64,000 bases of DNA from the human T2T-CHM13v2.0 reference genome, Homo sapiens. The notes under the pieces are model-generated. The model did no database searches. It worked only from the letters and a program-made list of their open reading frames with translations, and was not told where the DNA came from. The position numbers and the translations under genes were made by a program. Numbering within the stretch: position 1 is the stretch's first letter; each line of letters begins with the position of its first letter. Where the stretch lies: NCBI RefSeq assembly GCF_009914755.1, contig NC_060928.1. One strand, written 5' to 3'. Shown here in pieces: positions 28,088-40,583 of this stretch.

Positions 28088-28269
28088 GTATCTGTGAGCA
28101 TTTGGGGACTAGGATGGAAGGAGTTTTGTAGGAGAAAATGAAGACCTTGTCCTTAGACATGTTAGGTTTTTGATGCTTAGTTGAACGTAGCAAACCAACT
28201 TCCTTTACAAAAAACAAATCAATGAGGTAATCTCTAGTTCTTTTCATCATTCATCTCTGCTGAAATAAT

Positions 28270-28495
28270 TCCTTCTCAGTGATGTGACTTCATTACTCTC
28301 TCTTATCTTTATTTTCATCATAGCAATTAACACTATCTGAAATTACATCACTTACTTATCTACTTATTTTTGGTTGCCTCTCACTGGAATACAGTCTCCA
28401 TGAAGATAATCTATTTTGTCTTCTGCTATATTCTCAGAATATAGAATAGTATTTGAAACATAGTAAGCATGCAATAAATATTTGTTGAATAGATA
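28270..28495 (+). mobile_element. L2 3' end
   Basis: acatagtaagcatgcaataaatatttgttgaat. Confidence 0.8.
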
Positions 28496-28514
28496 ATGAT
28501 TAGATGAATTTCAG

Positions 28515-28573
28515 ATATTACTTCAATTACCTCTGGCAATTTGTTTGCAGGACACCAAATCTAGAGTTTGCTG
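28515..28573 (+). pseudogene. Candidate pseudo-exon
   Basis: tttcag|...CTG|gtaagt; open, phase 2 to 1: YYFNYLWQFVCRTPNLEFA. Confidence 0.45.
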
Positions 28574-28633
28574 GTAAGTCCAATCAGCTCTTAAACAGAA
28601 CATAGCTATTGCTTTAATAGTTTGTTGCTTGGG

Positions 28634-28663
28634 ATATATATACATATCTAACATATATATGTG

Positions 28664-28709
<46 letters not shown>
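28634..28709. repeat. Compound (TA)n/(TG)n microsatellite
   Basis: Direct reading. Confidence 0.95.
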
Positions 28710-28806
28710 GTAGGAAAAGGGCCACAGATAATAATTTTTATTCTTTTATCACTTTGAGATAGGTTCAATGATTAGTTCTCTGTACTTTAATAGTAACATT
28801 CAACAG

Positions 28807-28845
28807 TAAACAAGCACTCTCAGGGGAAAGAGATACTTCTCACAG
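28807..28845 (+). pseudogene. Candidate 39-nt pseudo-exon, AAA3
   Basis: caacag|...CAG|gtattt; open, phase 1 to 1: NKHSQGKEILLT (cf. PxxGKKxVxF). Confidence 0.45.
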
Positions 28846-29281
28846 GTATTTAGTAAGCATAATATATCCTATTTTTGCCATGTGTATACATTGTCTCACA
28901 GAAAAGATGACTGCAAATTTTAGTTTTGCTTACTTAATAAAATAGACAATCATAAAACTTTGTATTTAATTTACCTCTCAATGAGAAAGAATAAACTATA
29001 TGTGGCATGATGAGTTATTAGAAAGTATCAGGCTTATAAGTGGGAATTTAACTCACTTTGCCATACCTTCCATAATCATGCCTATATGTATACAAAAGGT
29101 CTCAGATTGTTGTCCAGCTGAAAAATTACAAAAGTGCTTAATCCACAGAGCAAAAAAAAAACTATGACCATTTTAGTAATAGTTTTGTAGTCATGCTGTA
29201 TTGTTTCAGGAAAAATGACAAGAAGAAAAAGGTTTGTACATGTTCAATACTGGCAAAATCATTCATTTTCCTTTTGTTAAG

Positions 29282-29410
29282 GTCACAAATGGTGAATATC
29301 AAAAGAGGATATAATAAAACCGTAAGAAATACAAATTCTTACAAATGTCTAAATATTCCCCATTTACTCCAGGGACTTGATAGTTATCTTAAAGACAGAA
29401 TAGTTTAAGC
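29282..29410 (+). pseudogene. Pseudo-exon, AAA3 (3' end approximate)
   Basis: ttttccttttgttaag|; SQMVNIKRGYNKTVRNTNSYKCLNI resembles RQxxxxxGxYxxxxxxWxxIxxI. Confidence 0.55.
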
Positions 29411-29477
29411 CAGTTAGTTGGACTATAGACATTGTTCTTGTCTACTCCAATAGTTCTTAGCTTTTTGGCACTCAAAA

Positions 29478-29880
29478 TAATGTCTCTCAATATCTGTGTG
29501 GGGTTGGTTTCAAAACCCCCATGATTACCAAAATCTACAGATGCTCAAGTTTCTTATATAAAATGATGTAGTATTTGCATATGACTTACCCACATTTTTC
29601 CACATACTTTAATCGTTAGATTAATTTTAATATCTAATACAATGTAAATTCTATAAAATAGCTGTTATGCTATATTGTTTAAGAAACAATGATAAGAAAA
29701 AAAGACTATACATGTTTAGCACTGGCAGAACCATGCTTTTCCCATTTTTTTCCTTTTATATTCTCCAAAAATTATAGTTTATTCTTTCTTATTAAGAGGC
29801 AAATGGAATGGGCAAATATTTTCAATCCACAGTTGGTTGAATCCATGGATGCGGAACCCATTGATAGGGAGGTCTGACTG
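29478..29880 (+). mobile_element. MER2 (Tigger-family MITE)
   Basis: accaaaatctacagatgctcaagt...ttggttgaatccatggatgcggaaccc...gactg|ta. Confidence 0.85.
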
Positions 29881-31016
29881 TATATATTTTACAAAGATGT
29901 TTGACTCAAGTATAACACACACACATACACACACACACAATATACACACATGTACATATATTCTACTACAAATGTTCACGCACACATGTTCAGTATATAG
30001 AACCATGTATGTTTACATATGTATAACCCTGTGTACCACCATATGAAAGAAGATATAGGGCATTTTTTAGTATCACAGAATGATCCTTTATGTTCCTACC
30101 CAACAGACACCATCATCCACATACTGTGATTACTACTAGTCTTATTTCTCACATAGTAAAAATGTCATTTGTTTTTGAGCTTCATATTAATATAAATACA
30201 ATAATAAAGTATATACATTAAAAAAACAGGTCTATGCAGGTATAATTTACATATAGTAAATCATCCTTTAAAGGTATACAGTTATGATTTTCACACACAG
30301 TCATGTAATCACCACCACAGATAAATAAGATATAAAGCATTTCACTGACCACCACAGTTCCCTCATTTGACTTTATAGGCAATACCCCTCCCTAAAATTC
30401 AAGTTCTAAAAAACACTGGCCTGTTGTTTACTCCTATGAGTTTGACTTTTCAAAATATATAAATGAAATCATATTATGTATAGCCTTTGAATCTCATAAG
30501 TCATGTGTGATTCATCCCAGTTGGTTGTATCAGTATTCTGTTTCTTTTTGTTAATGAGTAGCATTTAATTCTATGGATGCACCACAGTTTATCCTTTCAC
30601 CATAGTTGATATACATTTGGATTCTCATTTTGGGTGATTATGAATAAAACATCTGCAGATATTCACCTACAGAATTGCATGGTGATGTATACTTTCATTT
30701 CTCTTGAGTTAAAACCTAGAAGAGAGCTTGTTAGGTCGTGTGGTAAATACATGTGCAATATATATGTGTAAATAAAAGACTGTTCTCTGAAGCAATAGAC
30801 TTTTTTGCATTTTGCATCAATGATGCTTGATAAAGTTGCCCTTCATCTTCACCAGTATATAATAGTATACAATTGTAGTTTCAATTTTACTTTTCCAAAT
30901 GAGTAGCGATGTTCAGGGGCATTTTACATCCTTAACTTCTATCTTTATATATTACTTAATAAAGTATCTGTTCAAATTTTTTATTGATTTTAATTGAACT
31001 GTTTGTCTTAGTGAGG

Positions 31017-31460
31017 TGTATGTTATCAATTAAGGGTGCTATAACAAATATAACACAAACCGCTTGACTTAAACAACAAATCATTTATTTCCCAGTGTCA
31101 AGGCTCGAGAGTTTCAAGATCAAAGTACTAGCAGATATAATCAATGTATGGTGAGGACTCACTTCCTGGTTTGCAGGTGGCCATCTGCTCTTTGCCTCCT
31201 TATATGGTGGCAAGGAGGGAGGGGGAGAGCGCATGCTGGAGGGAGGGGGAGACCACATCCTCATATGGTGGCAAGGAGGCCAGGGGGACAGAGAGAGAGA
31301 GAGAGAGAGAGAAGCCCCTCCTATGAGGGCATTAATCTTATTCACAAAGCTCAATGCTTACGACCTGTTTACCTTCCAAAGGCCCCACCTCCTAATGCCA
31401 TCACATTGGTTAGGGTTTTAACAAATAAATTTTGGGGATACACACACATTCAGCCCATAA
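31017..31460 (-). mobile_element. MLT1A/MST-like LTR
   Basis: gctataacaaa...tcaagatcaa...ccaaaggccccacctcctaatgccatcacattgg...cattcagcccata. Confidence 0.8.
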
Positions 31461-32506
31461 TTTGTGATAGTTCTTTGTATATTCTGAATACAAATCCTTT
31501 CTCAGATATGCATTTTTTCGTTTTCTTACGTTTCAAAAATGAAACTTGAGATCAAGTGTAATAAATATTTTTTAAAATTTATATTGTGTTTTGGTGTGCT
31601 AAGAAAGCTTCAGTTTTCCCAAGGTCTCAATAAGTTTTGCAATGTGTTTCCTGGAAATTTTCGTATTTTAGTTTAGTTCTAGTTTTAAATCAATGATACA
31701 GTTCATGTTAATATGGAACTTGACACAAAGTTTGATTGAGTTTTATTTATTTTACTTGTAGGTGCCCAATTTTTTAGTGCCAATTTCCTTTAAAAAATCC
31801 TATCCCCATTAAATTCCTTTAGCAAATTTGTTAAAAATCAATTGAATTTTTTTAACTCTATTTTTACTTTTTATTATTTTTTACTCTCTACTCTGGGCCA
31901 TTGGTCTGTGTGTCTTTCTTTTGCCTTCATTTTTTAAAGCATTTTCACTGGCATTTTTGTTGATAAAATTTTGTTTTTCATTAACCACCTCAAAATGTCA
32001 GTTAAATGACACTCCGTTGTTTTCTGGCTTGCTTAATTTTGATGAGAAATTCTATAATTCTTATCTTTGTTCTTCTATATGAGATCTATCTTTTTTCTGT
32101 CTTCAAGATTGTTTTTTTGTATTTGATTTCCAGCAATTGGACCATGTCTAGAATTTTTTGTTATTAATGCTTTTGCTGTTGTTGCATTTGTTTCTTTTGA
32201 AACGATCTGTATTTTTTCAGTTTGATGTATTTTATGTATGATTCTTTTGAAAATTGTTTGCGGTTATCTATCCAAATATTCTGCTACCTTCCCTCTTTTT
32301 TTCTGTATCTTGAGTTACGCATATGTTAGATTTTTTGATATTATCCCACAGCTCTTGTTTGTTCTATCCTTTTTCTTTATGTTTTAAGCCCTTTTTGGTT
32401 GTGTTCTATTTTCTTATTTTTCAATTTTGGTAATTTCTATTAACATGTCTTCAATTTCATCCATTATTTTCTTAACTGTCTTAAGTTCATTTATGAGCCC
32501 AGATAA

Positions 32507-33166
<660 letters not shown>

Positions 33167-33954
33167 AATACTTTCTTATAATTTCCATTTATCCTCTAAA
33201 ATTTTCCCATCTGTTTATGGATGTTGTCCCCTTTAACATATTAGTCATTGTTATTTTAAAATACTTTGTCAAATAATTTCAGCACCTCGGTCATCTCTGT
33301 GTCTTGTTATATCTATTGTTTTTATCCTCATTATTTTTAAGCCTATTTTGTGTGTGCGTTTAAATTTTTTATTAAATCCTGGATATTAGGTGTAGAACTG
33401 TAGAAACTGAAGTAAATCATATTAACACCTGAAAATAGGTACATTTCTTCTCTCAGACATTCACCTTGGTGGTTTGGGTGAATCTAGTCAGGACTTTGCA
33501 GGGGTGATATTTTGTTGTTGCTGTGCTTAACTCCTGCTGTCGTATGGTAGATACATATGTAATATATATAGCTGCCATTACTTTGAGTTTGAAGTGAAAG
33601 CAGGGATGCTGGAATATTTTTCTTAGTGTTTTACACTCAGCTTTTGCTTCTATTTGCATGTCTTTAACATAAAGGGAGTTTCCCTGTATGCTCTTGCCCC
33701 TCTGAAAACAATATGCTTTTATTACTTGCTACTTGATGATTATTAGGCTGGTGTTAGGTGGCCAACATGGTTGTTCCTTGTTTTAGTCAAGCCATAGTCT
33801 TAGGGCTTGAGAATGCCATTTATTTATTGTCCCTCTCCTGATCCCTGTGGTAGATAAATGCTACCCCTTATCTGTGCCAGATCTTGTATATGAGGGAGTT
33901 TCTTGCATCTCCCATATTAGTAGAAGATTTTTAATGGTACTGGTATAAGGTCCA

Positions 33955-34257
33955 GGCAGGGCACAGTGGCTCATGCCTGTAATCCTAGCACTTTGGGAGG
34001 CTGAGGTGGGTGGATCATCTGAGGTCATGAGTTCGAGACCAGCCTGACCGACATGGAGAAACCCCATCTCTACTAAAAATACAAAAGTAGCCGGGCATGG
34101 TGCCACACACCTGTAATCCCAGCTACTCAGGAGGCTGAGGCAGGAGAATCACTTGAACTTGGGAGGTGTGGAGGTTGTGGTGAGCCAAGATCATGCCATT
34201 GCCCTCCAGCCTGGGCAACAAGAGCAAAACTCCATCTCAAAAAAAAAAAAAAAAAAA
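33955..34257 (+). mobile_element. AluSp-like
   Basis: acatggagaaaccc, caacaagagcaaaactcc diagnostics; poly-A tail. Confidence 0.9.
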
Positions 34258-36333
34258 GATATTGGGTCCAGGATTGTTTCCTATTTTGCTTTCTTTTTGG
34301 TCTATACTTCTGCTAGCCACGGTCAATCTTTTCCTATGTTCTGAGGGTGAGACGGCTTGCTGTCAGTTTCCCAGCATTTTAAGCCTTTTGCTCTGTATGA
34401 GAGTAGGGTCTAGGCAGGTGGCTGAGGTTTTTGTGCCCTTCAACCATCAGCTTCCAGTTATCTATTTTACACCAGGACCATAGACAGAAGTTCTCTCTGG
34501 TCTCCTGTACACCTGCCAGTCTTTCTACTGAGCACCTTACAGTTTCATAGAAAAGAATCCATAGGTGAATGTGAAGTCTCCTTGTGTGGGGGGCTTTGTT
34601 ACATTTTTTATTTTCATCTCTATTAATATCCTGAATGTGAGCAGATGAGCTCTTGGATCTGAGACAAGTTTCTTGTTAGCCAGCTTATAGTAAATAATAA
34701 GTGTGCCAGTCCCTCTTTCCATAGACATTACCCTTTGTGCAATGAGATAAAAGCAAGAGGGGAAACTCTCCTGCATTACTAGTCAAACACCCCATAGGCA
34801 AGGGGTAAAGAACAATGGACTCTCTCAATTTATAGGTGATAAGAGACACAGGTCCCCTTCTCCTCCACAAAAGAAAGAATACAATAATATAAAAACTTTT
34901 GCTCCTTAAAATTAAATGGAAATCATCCTGAATCCTCACTCTTACTTTTACAAGGTAAAGACATCTTTCTATGGGCCAGTTAACCCCAAGAATCTCTGGC
35001 TTCTACAACCTACAGCCATCTATAAAGTCTTGCTTTTAGTATTTGAAATGTGAATATTGATAACTACATTAATATCTATATAGGAAGAGAGCATTCCAAG
35101 TTTCCTGGCACCTTAGGAATTCGCCTAGGAAACTGATCCAGGCTGTAATCATTTGGCTGCATCTGGAAAATAAGATAAGTTTTATTATCCTTTTAGATCG
35201 GAGCAACAAACTAGAAAATGGCTACTGATCTAACTCTAATAGTGTGTGAAGAGTAAAATGTTCCCAGGGGAAGTGAAAGCAAGTATTCTCTATTTTTCTA
35301 TTGTATACAGTTCTTTTCCTGTCTCAGGAAAGGAGGGCTTTTTTAGGATCACTAAGATTTCCAGAGAAGTTTTATTTCTCCACAGGCTCCCATGGGTTCC
35401 ACATTGTTGCAAGTAGCGCATACCTGGCCTTTAACATTTTTTTTTCAATTTTCAATCATGTTTTCTTACCCACTTTTTGGACAGCTGGTGCCTTCTATGT
35501 GGTCTGCCACAGATACGTCAGTCAACATCCATCATTTCTCCTTGAAAATACCTGTCCTTCTTTAGAATTTAGGCTACTTAGCTCTGTAAACCTGGTTCTC
35601 TGATGGGTTCAGTCAAAGTTATTATTTTGTACTGTACCCAGATTTTCTCACTGTTAGATCTGGAAGTTACACTGCTAGCTTCCTGTATCCTAGATGAAAA
35701 CAGAACACATATTATTTATTCTTTGATGTCTAGTTTCTTTTACTCAGCCCTATGCTTGCAAAATGTGTCTATGTTGTTTTACCTTGTAGAAGTCTATTCT
35801 TTTCTACTGCTAGTAGTATTCTGCTGTATGAACATTCTATAATTTAGTTATACATTCTCCAGTTGATGAACATTTAGATAGTATCCAATTTGGCTTTATG
35901 ATGAACAAAGCACTATGAACATTTTTATGCAGATGTTTTTGTAGAAGCACACTCATAAATTTTGGAGTGATACTGCCTTAACTTACATAGATATATATTT
36001 ATCTTTAGTGGGTAAACTAAACAGATTTAAGAAGTGACTAGCAATCTGCACCACCATAGCAAACTATGAGAATGTTTGATCCTTCACACCCTTGACAACG
36101 TTGATATTATTGGTGTTTTCAATGTTAATATTACTCAGTAATAATTGTGAATATTCTCAATTTGACCTTCTGTATTGAGCATAGAATTTAACACTTGGAT
36201 AAAATTTTGCTCCAGTTTACAATATTTAGTTATTTATCTTTTTCACTCTTTAAACGAATCAATATCAGGATTGAGAGAGCACATTGAGGATATTAGTCAA
36301 CCTGGTTTCTTTTAATGCTTATTTGTTTTAAAG

Positions 36334-36453
36334 GTGAGGAAATGTTTGAAATAACAGAATAATATAGAAAACAGAATTTGCAGACTACCTCTGGGTTGCA
36401 ACTGTTTCTTCATTACTATGGATATAATATAGGAATTATATTTATATTTATGA
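36334..36453 (+). pseudogene. Pseudo-exon, AAA4 start
   Basis: ttgttttaaag|120 nt|gtaaga; phase 1 to 1; LQLFLHYYGYNIGIIFIFM (cf. LxxYNxxxxxMxLVLF); one stop. Confidence 0.6.
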
Positions 36454-36515
36454 GTAAGAGTGTAGTTTATGTCATTAAATAACTCTTCCCAAATGATACA
36501 TACATTTTGACTTAG

Positions 36516-36706
36516 AGAGAGCTATTCAGAATATCTGTATAAATATTCTCCAGCTCCTATCAAATTATTTACATCATTGATTTCACAATTCTGTCTGCAT
36601 ACAGTTGAAAGTCTTTAAAAAATCAACGCATCAACGTTGCACCAACATACTTTTCTAGAAAGCAGACATAAATTGACTAGCTTTCCCTTGTTAATGGATT
36701 TGTCAT
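36516..36706 (+). pseudogene. Pseudo-exon, AAA4
   Basis: Phase 1; KRAIQNICINILQL (cf. AIEHICRIxRIL), then frameshifted ESL*KINAS...MDL; preceding intron only 62 nt. Confidence 0.55.
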
Positions 36707-37016
36707 GTAACTAAGCTATTAGTTTGTGCTTATGTCTGACAGTTACCTTGTTATCAGGCCAAGAGTAATGTGCTAATATTTGAATTTAGTCATATGCAAT
36801 GATTTTTGATGACTTTATAGCCAATGCTAAGGTACAGAGAAAGGAAGAAAATGCTTTGCTTTAGTTTAGAAGTTGGTACACAGACCCACTATAATGTTAT
36901 ATTTAATAAGAGAAAAAGTCAGATTTTCCCCCAGAAAAGGGGAATCAGTCTCTAAGTTGAGGTATGTTTGGGTGTTTTCTTCACATTATCAACAGCAAGC
37001 TGTCTTTCATGTCTAG

Positions 37017-37219
37017 GATTCACCAGACAAATGATAAATGTCTGATACTCAGTGAATTTGACATTTGGCATGAGAAAAATAGAGGTCTTTAGGCCTTATT
37101 TTAGTTCCCAGAATTGAAAGAGCATGCACAACCATATCCATCTCCTGGATTAACCATAGCTTGTTATTAACTAACAGTGAAAGATGAAATATTAGATATG
37201 TTCTGAGGAGTCAAATAAA
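37017..37219 (+). pseudogene. Pseudo-exon, AAA4 C-terminal part
   Basis: FPELK plus frameshifted ACTTISISWINHSLL (cf. FPxLxNCxTIDWFxxWPxxAL). Confidence 0.55.
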
Positions 37220-37529
37220 GTACACGACATGAAAACAAAAAACAATAAGGCATGTTAGAACACATCTCTTTTCAAGCCTCATCCCATATTCTATCACTAT
37301 AAGAAAGAATTTCCTGCTTTCCAAACTAACAGTGCTTAGTGAAGAGAACATTTTATGTCCCATGTAAAAAGTAAACCTAGCAAACAAAAGTTACCTCTTA
37401 AGACCCTGAGTGTATGGATATCACCCTGTTCAAGGAAAGGCAAAATGTGAATATATTTTGTCATAGTTCCTGCTGTGTTAACAGGTAATCTTGTGCTACT
37501 GCAGGCAAAGTTCACTCTCTATTTTACAG

Positions 37530-37680
37530 TTTTCCCAGAGGCTTTCAAATCTAATTAATCACTTATCTATTTAAGCGATACATGTGGTCTGTTCAGAGAA
37601 AGAGAGAATAAGTATAACATTTGTCTTTGAAACAATTAAGAAAAAAATACAGTTGAAAAATTAACACAAAATGCAGTAGA
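37530..37680 (+). pseudogene. Pseudo-exon, entry to stalk CC1 (3' end approximate)
   Basis: ctctattttacag|; FPEAF...ERENKYNICL (cf. TPxSY...RYxxGLxKL). Confidence 0.45.
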
Positions 37681-38698
37681 CAACATAACTTTGGGTTATA
37701 ACATGGTACTCAGGGTCAGTGTTTAGAATATCAATTATTATTGAACAGAAAATATTTAATACTACTGCATAATAATGATTATGATCAAGACAATGCCCAG
37801 TAACAGATGACACAGAATATATTTTCACTCTTATTCACTAGTGTGTCTGTAAAAATGTGGTAGTATGGGAAACAAAAAGACAACCTATAATTCACATACA
37901 AGTACCAACGTTATATAATTTAATTTACTAAAACATAAACTAGAAAATAAGTAACCTGGGATAGATTCATGGCAACAGTGAACTGAAAGGGATGCCTTCA
38001 GAAAGGGCATCAGTGAATGGCAGATTGTTTTAGCATAAAACAATTGTTTTATTTCTAGCTAATGGGACTGTTCTGAGTGATTGGATAGTGATGAACAAGA
38101 CAGACAAATCTCTGTTTTCCTGGAGTTCACTTTCTGTAACAGGGAAGATGTATAGTAAATAAGCAAAAAAGAAAATACCATATAATCAGGGCGGAGACAA
38201 AGTATTTCAGATCCAGCTGAGAAGTGAGAAAAATGTGGATGTCGTGCTGGATATCAGAAATACTTTTGAAGTTAAATTGACAGGATTTGTTATAGAGATG
38301 CAAATTTATATAAACCTTGGATATGAAATATGGTAGTCTGTGCATATTACATAGACATAAATATACAGACATTTTTGAGAGCTTAATTTCATGTTGTTTT
38401 TACAAATTACTATTTCATTCCTTCCCAGGCCTACAGAGGGATAAAACATGTGTTACAACCTATGTGGCCCTTTGAATCTCCTTAAGTGTTCTGATGATTG
38501 CTTTACTTGACTTCTCAAACACATTTAATATATTATTCTAATAAAAGCCTTGATCTTTGTGATCATAATGAATACAGAGTAGAGAGTTTTGTTTATGAAA
38601 TATTGTAAAAAGGAAAATACGAGATAAAGCATTCTTTGATGCCCAGCCTGTTCAAATTCACAAAATTAGCCATCATAAATTCTCTGCTGATTTTCCAG

Positions 38699-38788
38699 CA
38701 ATGTCAGAATACTTTCTTTTTAAAAAACCAACTAGGGGAACATATAATAATCTGAGCAGTGATCAGCATACCAACACATCTTTCTCTC
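38699..38788 (+). pseudogene. Pseudo-exon, microtubule-binding domain start
   Basis: gattttccag|; AMSEYFLFKKPT (cf. DIxExKSFxxPP) plus frameshifted AVISI (cf. AVxIL). Confidence 0.55.
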
Positions 38789-38881
38789 GTAGTATTGATC
38801 ACCTCATCATCTACCTCTGCCTCCTTCCTGTCCCTTTCACTCATTCTTCTCTTCATATGTCTCTGTTCCCTTTTGTGCGTA

Positions 38882-38886
38882 TGTGT

Positions 38887-38925
<39 letters not shown>
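38882..38925. repeat. (TG)n microsatellite
   Basis: Direct reading. Confidence 0.95.
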
Positions 38926-38926
<1 letters not shown>

Positions 38927-39539
38927 TTTTTGGCTCCCTCTTCCATTTCTATCTCTTCTTTTACATCTCTCTCTTTATTCCTCAATTTCTCTATTTCCCA
39001 TCATGCTTTCCTACAACTCCCATCTCTCACCTACTATGTCCTCCATATGTGGATCTTTGTAAATGCTCCTCTCCTTAAATGGCCAATAGCCTTAGCTATA
39101 TTAATTAATAAAGAACAGACATATGAGCCAAGCTACAGTGATAATACCCCGATATACTGGTCCTAGTGTACATGCATGCATACACTCCCATGACCATAGA
39201 TTTCTGCTCAAGGTAACTGATTGGCATTCCAGGAAGGTCTGAACTGATCACAATCTTATAGGCCATAGAACGATGACTTTTCTGTTTACTGCAGAGAAGC
39301 TCATAGTGCTCTGTCAGCACCATCATGGCATACATTATATCATTTTAGCACTCTTATATTTTCTTCAACTCAGTCTGATGCAGCAACCTGCCCCCATATT
39401 GCTCAGAGTCCAGTCACATAGTCTCATGCCTCTCACTGTGCACACCTCATTTATGCCATCCATTCCATGCTTACTCACTACTAAGGTTCAATACACCGCA
39501 GGACCTTCTCAGAACCCATGATATAGCCCACCTTATCAG

Positions 39540-40020
39540 ATTAATGACATTTTCAGCTTCCAGCCAGCAAATAAATACTGCCACTGGCCAATTTTTCCTT
39601 GCTGACTCACTGTGCAGTTTATGGCATGTGTGGTGAATGCTGCTGCTACTCTTGCACTGATCCAGCTTTTCCAGGAGCTTCCTTCAGAGGCCAAGGAATA
39701 AAACCTGGAAGAGTGGGGATAGTTAATATCCAATGGGGTAAACGTTGACTCATGAGAGATAGGAGATGGAAAGGAACTGGTGAATAAATTCTCTTCCACT
39801 TCTAGTAATTATTCTGAGGTCCTATGTTTTCATAAAGTCTTGTTTGAGAAATGCTGCTTGATGAGAAATCAGCTGTATTTTATGATGATGCTTTTGCCAG
39901 TTTGGTCATTTGCCTTTCTTTCTTTCTTCCCATGCTGCCTTTTCCTTCACTATTATTTTTCTGGGTTTGCAAGCCCCCTAAAATGTTTGTTTCAGATTTG
40001 GTCTTCCTGGGAAATGATAC
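39540..40020 (+). mobile_element. LTR16-like ERVL LTR
   Basis: ggagtggggatagttaat-like motif, GA-rich centre, pyrimidine tract and tcag...ttcctgggaa 3' end; family and limits by eye. Confidence 0.5.
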
Positions 40021-40109
40021 TAGAAATTCTTTCCAAAGTTGCAATTACTAATCCCTATGGTGGCCATAAAACCAAGTCAGGCCACTTGAAGTCCAGCCAC
40101 ACTATTTTT
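40021..40109 (+). pseudogene. MTBD exon fragment left of the L1 insertion
   Basis: LEILSKVAITNPYGGHKTKSGHLKSSH, continuing in frame at 45028 across the L1 TSD. Confidence 0.55.
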
Positions 40110-40438
40110 TTATTGATATATAATATTTATACATATGTATGTGATGCATGTGATTTTTTTGTTATAGGCATAGAATGTGTAATGGTTCAAGTCAGGGCAT
40201 TTAGGGTATCCATCACCTTGAGTATTTATCATTTATGTGTGTTAAACACATTTCAAGTCTTTGAAATATGCAATACTTTCTTGTTTACTATAGTCTCCCT
40301 ACTCTGCTATTTAACATTAAAATGTACCTTTTCTATCTAACTTTATGTTTCTACCCATTATCCAACATCTCTTAATTCCCTCCCACCTCTCTTAATCTCT
40401 TAATTCCCTCCCAACCCACATTCTTCCTAGTCTCTGGT

Positions 40439-40583
40439 TTTTTTTTTTTTTTTTTTTTGGATTTTTAGTAGAGACCGGGTTTCACTGTGTTAGCTAGGAT
40501 GGTCTCGATCTCCAGACCTTGTGATCCACCCGCCTCAGCCTCCCACAGTGCTGGATTACAGGCGTAAGCCACCGCGCCCGGCT
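40439..40583 (-). mobile_element. Left-monomer-only Alu (Y/Sc-like) with poly-A
   Basis: Left arm directly followed by ~A20; TSD gtctctggt (40430-40438, 40584-40592). Confidence 0.9.

Noticed and set aside
39780-40340. 186-aa ORF
   Set aside because: Chimera of LTR-like sequence, a short fossil exon piece and antisense L1 3' UTR.
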